A DNA stretch of 63,872 nucleotides, filler included, from Bigelowiella natans CCMP2755 (lineage: Eukaryota > Protista > Cercozoa), in NCBI GenBank assembly GCA_000320545.1. It is 6 parts of 6 records of this genome, joined end to end, with 100 filler letters (N's around TTAATTAATTAA, not from the genome) between each part and the next. Parts side by side here need not be neighbours in the genome. Positions count along the whole stretch, not along the records: positions 38,385 to 59,559 come from ADNK01002695.1; positions 59,660 to 62,450 come from ADNK01002172.1; positions 62,551 to 63,872 come from ADNK01003232.1; 3 more parts are not named here. One strand, 5' to 3'. Below, piece by piece: positions 55,964 through 63,872 of this stretch. Both the position numbers and the translations under genes were made by a program. The notes below the pieces were generated by a model. It was given only the letters and a program-made list of their open reading frames with translations. It did no database searches and had not been told where the DNA came from. Numbering within the stretch: the stretch's first letter is position 1; every line of letters begins with the position of its first letter.

Positions 55964-57462
55964 GAGGACTGGATTGAAGAAGAAAAGGGGATGAACTGCA
56001 CGAGCAAGAAAAAGCACATGACGCTCAGACGAATACATAAGAAAGTAGCACTGAAACACAGTTGACGTTCCACAGCGTTTCCGCTTGCCATCGGGCGTAC
56101 ATGCGATGGTTCCATCTGGTAAAATTCAATGATGTGACGTCATAGCTAGATAGCGCTGAATATTTGACAGGTGGAGACGCCAACGTGCACAAAATGCGTG
56201 CATGACAGCACGCAGTGTGCAAAACACATCGCATGCATGACTCAAAATGAACGCACATCGTCGCCTAGATCGTCTCAAACCGGCTAGCCAGTCAACCGAA
56301 GACAAATGAAGCTGGTAAACGCAGCGATGCGAGAATGATGTTCCATGCATGCGTGTTTGGACTGTTCATTGATGTTCTTCCACTTGCTTCGCAAAGTGTA
56401 GCTCGGACGTGCTGGTTGTGGAGTCAAGGCAGAACAGCGTGTGCAAGTTTTGAACAACGTTGATGGCGAGCTGGTCATCACATCAGACTCTAGAGACTGG
56501 CAGAGATGGTTGGAGTGCGCTAGCACGCGTCACGTTGATGATGGACACAGCAACGTGATGCACATGCATGCACATCATTGATCATTGACGCATGGCTAGA
56601 TGGACACGTCTAGACGTGCAATGAGTGTGTCCATTGCATTGCATGTCCATCATGTTGGATGCATCAGATGTGCACACTTGAGCATCCATCACATTGCAAT
56701 GTTCACACACGCTGCGCAGCTGGACGCATGGACTTGTCACGTGAAACAACTCGCATTGCTAGGTTGTGGTGCGCACGCGCATTGCACGGAGCTGTGCACC
56801 GGTCTGGTGGTGTGGTGAACTTGCTAGCTTGGGGGAACTGAGCCACTGACCCATTTGACTTGTTGGGATGCTCATCATTGTGGACACACTGCACGCCATG
56901 CTGTCAAGCACCAAACGCGTTCATCATGCCACAGCACGCGCACCGGCCCGCATCGCCGCCATCGAAAATCACCTCGAGCACTTTGAAAATTGAGCGATCG
57001 AAACTTGAGAAAGAGAGAACCAGTTTTGCTTTGTCCGCTGAATTCACTTTGGTTTGCTTTTCCTTGCTAGTGGGTTTTGCTTGAGCACAAATGAATGAGC
57101 AAATGAACAAGAAAGAAAGAAAGATTGAAACATCATCAATGGATTCCACCTCGCCACCTCGCCGAATTGGGTGCAGAATGGAAGAGAATGGCTCTGAGTT
57201 CGTGTCTACGACATCAACTTTATTCTTGTCGCTGCACCAAAAACATCCACATCTCCAGCAAAGCTTAAGACAAGATCTACATTGTGGACGTGTCGCTTAC
57301 CCTTGCATCAATACGGAAAATATTAATCACATAGATTTATCCTTGTGCGACATGCATTTGGGGCAGACGTTTGAAATGAACGCACCTCATCCACTACTAC
57401 TTAAACATCAGACGAGCTAAGAATACTATAAGCTTCAAAACTCATTTTCAACGCATACCATC

Positions 57463-59421
57463 ATGTTGATCCCTGCCCTCTGCTTCACCCTCTTAATGGT
57501 ACTAATAACGATTACACCGCTTTTCTACGCTGAAATTGTAATCCATCTACTGATGGGGATGATGGGAGAGCGAGGCAGTTGAGAGGAATGCGAGAAATTC
57601 ATATCGAACACGACGTTACTTCTATCTTTTCCAGGTGTGTACAGGGAAGAGGGCACCGCTACAGTTTCCGCAGTAAGAACTAAATACATGCAACCACTAG
57701 GTTATCTATCCCTTTAATGGTTATTTACGTTTATTGCAAGATCCGAAAATCCACGCACGGCCGACCCCCCGCTTTGGGACCTTGATAGCTCGCAAGTGGT
57801 TCATACAATCACCTTGTTCGACCAAGTAGCATTGTCACAATATAACTCGGTCGAGACGAGCCACTTTGTCCCTCCTCCAGCCTCCATGGTTCTAAGTTCA
57901 TCAGATCATTTGTGAAACCTTCTTGCTAGCCAAAGGGCGCTGTCGCCCACAACATGCTTGTTGAACAACACGTGTATCCCCACAACAGGAATGGGGGCGC
58001 GTGGTTTTGAGCTGGAACGGGTCCGTCAAAGGCGTTCAGTTTGATAGATATGGCGCCCTCTGGGTGGATGGAGTGGAACTTCTGAGAACTACTACCCCCG
58101 GTCGGTACAAAAGCCATAAATTAACATCGCGCCGTGTCGATGCTTTTCACGCCCCTTTCCTGTGACGCGAAGCAACCATTATCGGTGTAGCAGGCCCTTC
58201 TCTTCACTCGCCACGTTCTATTCTCAGCTCGTTATATAGCTACACCGCACATGAAATGTCGCAAACCAAATTGTGAGCAGGCGTTATTTTGATTCGACGA
58301 TAACCAGAGCCTGACAGTACCGGGATCCACTGGAATATCACACGGGATGTCACAGAATATTCGATGGTTATTACTAAACCTTTCTGCTGCTGCTGCTAGC
58401 ATACCGAACCTTGTTTAATGCATGTATGTTTGGAACCCGTTGGCCGTTGTCATCGCGTCACAATCTTCATCAACCAACATCAGCAAACCCAGCACTATCC
58501 ACCATCACCATTGTTATCATCACTGCCATCATCATTACAGATCATCTTCACAAACATCGGTATCATCATGCTCCTCGTCATCGTTATGTTCCCCCCTTTC
58601 CCCCCGCCCCTCCCCATGGGTTCCTCTTCCTCTTCTCCCCCCCCCCCTCCTCTCCACGAACGCAGTTATTCCGGAAGAAGAATGGCGGCCAGAATGACAA
58701 GAATAATCTAACGGCTGCATTGGCGATTCCCACATTAGTCACCCCAACCTACACAGGTGTCCTGTACATATCTGCAAAGCTCGAGTTCTTCGCAGCCGAG
58801 CACAACGGCGATCACAGCGACCATCATCCGCCACAACCAGATTCGAATCGAGCATCAGTGGTTGAGGAATTTCCCCAAATAATCCCGCTCAAAAACCCCA
58901 TCGTCAACAGCAGCAGCGCCACAGGAAACACTCCTTGGAGTGTGATGACAGCCATTCCAGATGGCCAGGCAATGTCCTCCTTGTTCTCCCTGCCCACCAC
59001 CGTTAAGGATGCTGTGAGAGGCTATATCGATCTTTACGCCTCGGCACACGCTTGCGAGGAGTTCTGGTATGTAAGTAGTAGCGGTGGAGGGGGAGGTGAG
59101 GGAGGGGGAGGAAGAAGGAGAAGAAGAAGGAGAGAAACAGAAAATATGAAAGAGGCTGCTTGCCTAGATCCAAACGGGTTTTGGTTTGGTTGTATCCCCC
59201 TCCGTACTTCGGAGAGCATTGCCGCAACAATACTCTTGAATTTCATACGACGCATTTTGTGCTGCAATCCGGCACGATTACTTCGATGCTCGGTATTGAC
59301 GGCCATTCCGAATTATCATCGTTTTATCTACTGGTAGCTCGTATCATTAAACTACTAGTAGTTGATTTCATTAAATAGAGTCTTCTACGACTTTTCAGGT
59401 ACTCAAATCCTCCCGCCAACA
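57463..59421 (+). CDS. Peptide-N4-(N-acetyl-beta-glucosaminyl)asparagine amidase A (acidic PNGase A family); truncated by gap
   Basis: Signal peptide MLIPALCFTLLMVLITITPL. GVQFDRYGALWVDGVELLRTTTPEPDSTGIHWNITRDVTEYSMLF and ASAHACEEFWYSN. Confidence 0.88.
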
Positions 59422-59496
59422 GTAATCACAAATGATACATATCATAACGCATATTTCAGTATTTTTTCATGATATATTTAAATAAATATATATTTT

Positions 59497-59559
<63 letters not shown>

Positions 59560-59659
59560 NNNNNNNNNNNNNNNNNNNNNNNNNNNNNNNNNNNNNNNNN
59601 NNNTTAATTAATTAANNNNNNNNNNNNNNNNNNNNNNNNNNNNNNNNNNNNNNNNNNNN
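59560..59659. other. Assembly gap with artificial linker
   Basis: N44-TTAATTAATTAA-N44. Confidence 0.98.
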
Positions 59660-61040
<1,381 letters not shown>

Positions 61041-61447
61041 GAACGGGTGGGGGACCCGTTTATCTCCGCAAATCGTCGCTGTTTATGCTATAACCAGTAT
61101 TTTATACCGGAAATATCCGAATAATATTGTCTAAATAAATGCCAACTGAAATATAAAATGATAAGATATATCAAGTTCAATTATCGCCCGTGTTCCGGAC
61201 AGCAAAAAAGTGTTGTAACATATGTTTCCTGAAGCGATGGGGGACGACGAGTAATCCTTCGATATTTCCACGACGTATTTCATCCTTGAAATAACTCCTG
61301 TGATTTTGTCCTGCGACAAATAGTTTCCATTGTCGCAGAAATGTGATTGTTACTGACTTCCGCAGAACGTTCGGGCGCTCTACCGACGCGTTTATCAAAA
61401 TCCATCCTCATCCCCCTAATCCGTCGTGGTAGACCGGGTCATCACAA

Positions 61448-61986
61448 ATGAACGCCGACGAGAGCGAATCTAAGCTCTCCACTCTATCCCGGGCCACGGA
61501 GAAGGTGTATGAATTGCTGAGAACGAACAAGCCGCTGACAAGGGAGGTCCCAGCGGGTACGTGCTCTCGAGAGAATCATCAAGAAAAGGCATGTGGGCAC
61601 AATTTTCTTTGTTCCTTTAACAACGAACTTAGATATCCACCCGAACCCGCCGTTCGTGCCGAAGAAAGTATTCACCGAGGTAGTACCCTCCCTCTCGCAT
61701 GTGCGCATGCACGCAGACGTGCAGTAACGCACCTACATTTGCTATTCAGCTTGGAGATTTGATTAAGGTTGCGGAGAGACCGGAAACGGATAGGTAGTAA
61801 TGCAACGGTCACTTTCTTGTCGCTTCCTCTTTCTGTATCATTATGCTGGAGTATTGTGGTTAGTATTATCACTTTTGATACTACCATCATTACTCATCAT
61901 TACTTACTGCTTCATATTCAACTAACGGTAGGATAGGCGGAAGCAAATGGATCTCTCTACGTCTTGACGGGAAAGGCTTCGGAAAG

Positions 61987-62057
<71 letters not shown>

Positions 62058-62120
62058 CCACCTGATGATTGGGATATCCACGAAGGGAACAGGTACATGA
62101 ATAAACTGGTAGAGGAGAAG
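61448..62120 (+). CDS. tRNA(His) guanylyltransferase-like (Thg1/TLP) protein, 5' portion
   Basis: Spliced ...AERPETDRIGGSKWISLRLDGKGFGKYMNKL matches Thg1 W.V.R.DG..F (first catalytic Asp). Confidence 0.65.
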
Positions 62121-62450
62121 TACGCTGACATCTCCGAGCCTACAAGGAAGTCCTTCAACAAGCTTACCCCAGTAACGATCAGCTAAAAAAGGGATATAAG
62201 AGTGCATCATCAATGATCCACACTATAAGCCACAGGAACCGGACTGGAAACAGATACACTGACCGATCACTGTATGTCTCAAGGAATGGTATATAGAACC
62301 TACCTACTCACCCTGAAACGTGAACACAGCGCACACTAACACACACACACACACACACATTACACACGGAGATATATTTTATCTACCCACTATATATATA
62401 TATATATAGTCCAGTCCCTATCTCAGGGATAGATGGATGTGTAGTGAGTC

Positions 62451-62550
62451 NNNNNNNNNNNNNNNNNNNNNNNNNNNNNNNNNNNNNNNNNNNNTTAATT
62501 AATTAANNNNNNNNNNNNNNNNNNNNNNNNNNNNNNNNNNNNNNNNNNNN
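62451..62550. other. Assembly gap with artificial linker
   Basis: N44-TTAATTAATTAA-N44. Confidence 0.98.
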
Positions 62551-62613
62551 GCCAAAACACGCTCGCACTCTCACTCTCTCACACACACACACACACATAT
62601 ATATATTATATTA

Positions 62614-62652
<39 letters not shown>

Positions 62653-62714
62653 TAATATGATTTTTTGAATATGCATGTGGCAGGGAAAGTGAGAGTGGGT
62701 AATTACTATTTCTT

Positions 62715-62739
62715 ATGATTTCAAGCAGATTATGCGGAC

Positions 62740-62771
<32 letters not shown>

Positions 62772-62944
62772 CCATCGTCCTCAGCGTCACCCTCTGCGTC
62801 CTCATGGCCCTTCCCTTCCTCACCAACTCCCTCTGATATGGCCTCCTTCTTTTTCTTCCTCCTCTTATCCTCCTTCTTCTTCTTCTTCCCCTCCTCATCG
62901 ATTTTCTTTGCAGTATCTCTAAGCCACGCTAGTATCTTCACACA

Positions 62945-62994
<50 letters not shown>

Positions 62995-63416
62995 TGCACG
63001 CATACGTGTACCCCTTATCATCACGTGCGTCCAGTTTTAAATAGTAATAAATTCTTTCCATCAATTTTTCCATTTGATTCACTTCCCCCCCCCCCCCCCC
63101 CCCACCCCTCTAGATCACTTCGCCGTCGGCTCTTACCGGGGGCGCGCGCCATAGGGCCGAACATCGCGCCGCAAAGATCTAAGTTGGGAAGCACGCAAAC
63201 GCGCATTGTAAGCATACAAATCAATATATAATATATATATATATAAGAAATATATATTATCTCTGTGTGGGGAGGGGAAAGCTTGGCATGGTGGTGATGA
63301 GAATCTTGTTGTTGTTGTTGGTGGTGATGATGTTTCACCCTGATGAGCTTATTCACGAAGGGAGAAGCGGTTGATGACGGCCATTTTGTGATGAACTCCC
63401 ACCTGAGAGAAAGAGG

Positions 63417-63487
<71 letters not shown>

Positions 63488-63810
63488 CTTAGTCATCCTA
63501 TTTCTATTGTCAATAGAGAGATGTACGGGATGTCTTGATGATATTTGTGTGCGTGTGCGTGTGTGCTTGTGTAAGAATTTCATCGGTGCATCGGTGGAGG
63601 TGGCATTGAATGCCCTTTTTCTTCTTCTCCTTCTCCTTCATCGTCATCATCATCTTCATATGGCATCCCCTTTCCCACCAATACCTTGTGTCGGTTTGCA
63701 CAATTTTAGTGTCGATTTCTTCCACCAGTGCTTTGACAGCCTATCACGCACGCACGCACCGCCATTTTTCAACAAGTTCTCATCCATTGCTATCTTGTGC
63801 GCTTCTATCC
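62715..63810 (-). CDS. Hypothetical multi-exon protein, internal fragment
   Basis: Exons AVKALVEEIDTKIVQTDTR, WEFITKWPSSTASPFVNKLIR, MEKLMERIYYYLKLDARDDK and ILAWLRDTAKKIDEEG plus an acidic tract. Confidence 0.5.
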
Positions 63811-63872
63811 CCCCCCCCCCCCCCCCAACCTGAACCTATGAAGGACGCGCGTTAGAGTGCAAAAAATGATGC

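Overview
Gene-dense, very intron-rich eukaryotic nuclear DNA read with the standard code. Exons are short and many introns carry microsatellites. The style suggests a protist, possibly a chlorarachniophyte such as Bigelowiella, but that assignment is inference only. Five artificial 100-nt gaps (N44-TTAATTAATTAA-N44) split the window into six contigs. Hand-spliced genes: a polycystin-1-like REJ/GPS/TM/PDZ protein, a large LRR protein, an intronless ERLEC1/OS-9-type lectin, an S28 serine peptidase, a Reeler-like secreted protein, a prolyl-4-hydroxylase-like oxygenase, a myristoylated hemerythrin-like protein, a GFAT with an N-terminal presequence, an NHL-repeat protein, an HMG-box protein, pyruvate dehydrogenase E2 (18 exons), tRNA-Arg(UCG), a stand-alone cereblon CULT protein, PNGase A, a Thg1-like protein and several hypothetical genes. 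The most striking unexplained signal is in intergenic DNA: tracts of 240-800 bp almost entirely lack TpA except inside CTAG, while CpG is retained and TG/CA are abundant. This suggests a region-specific A:T-to-G:C hypermutation process, a possible adenine-directed counterpart of RIP. Gene models and counts were made by hand, so exon boundaries are approximate.
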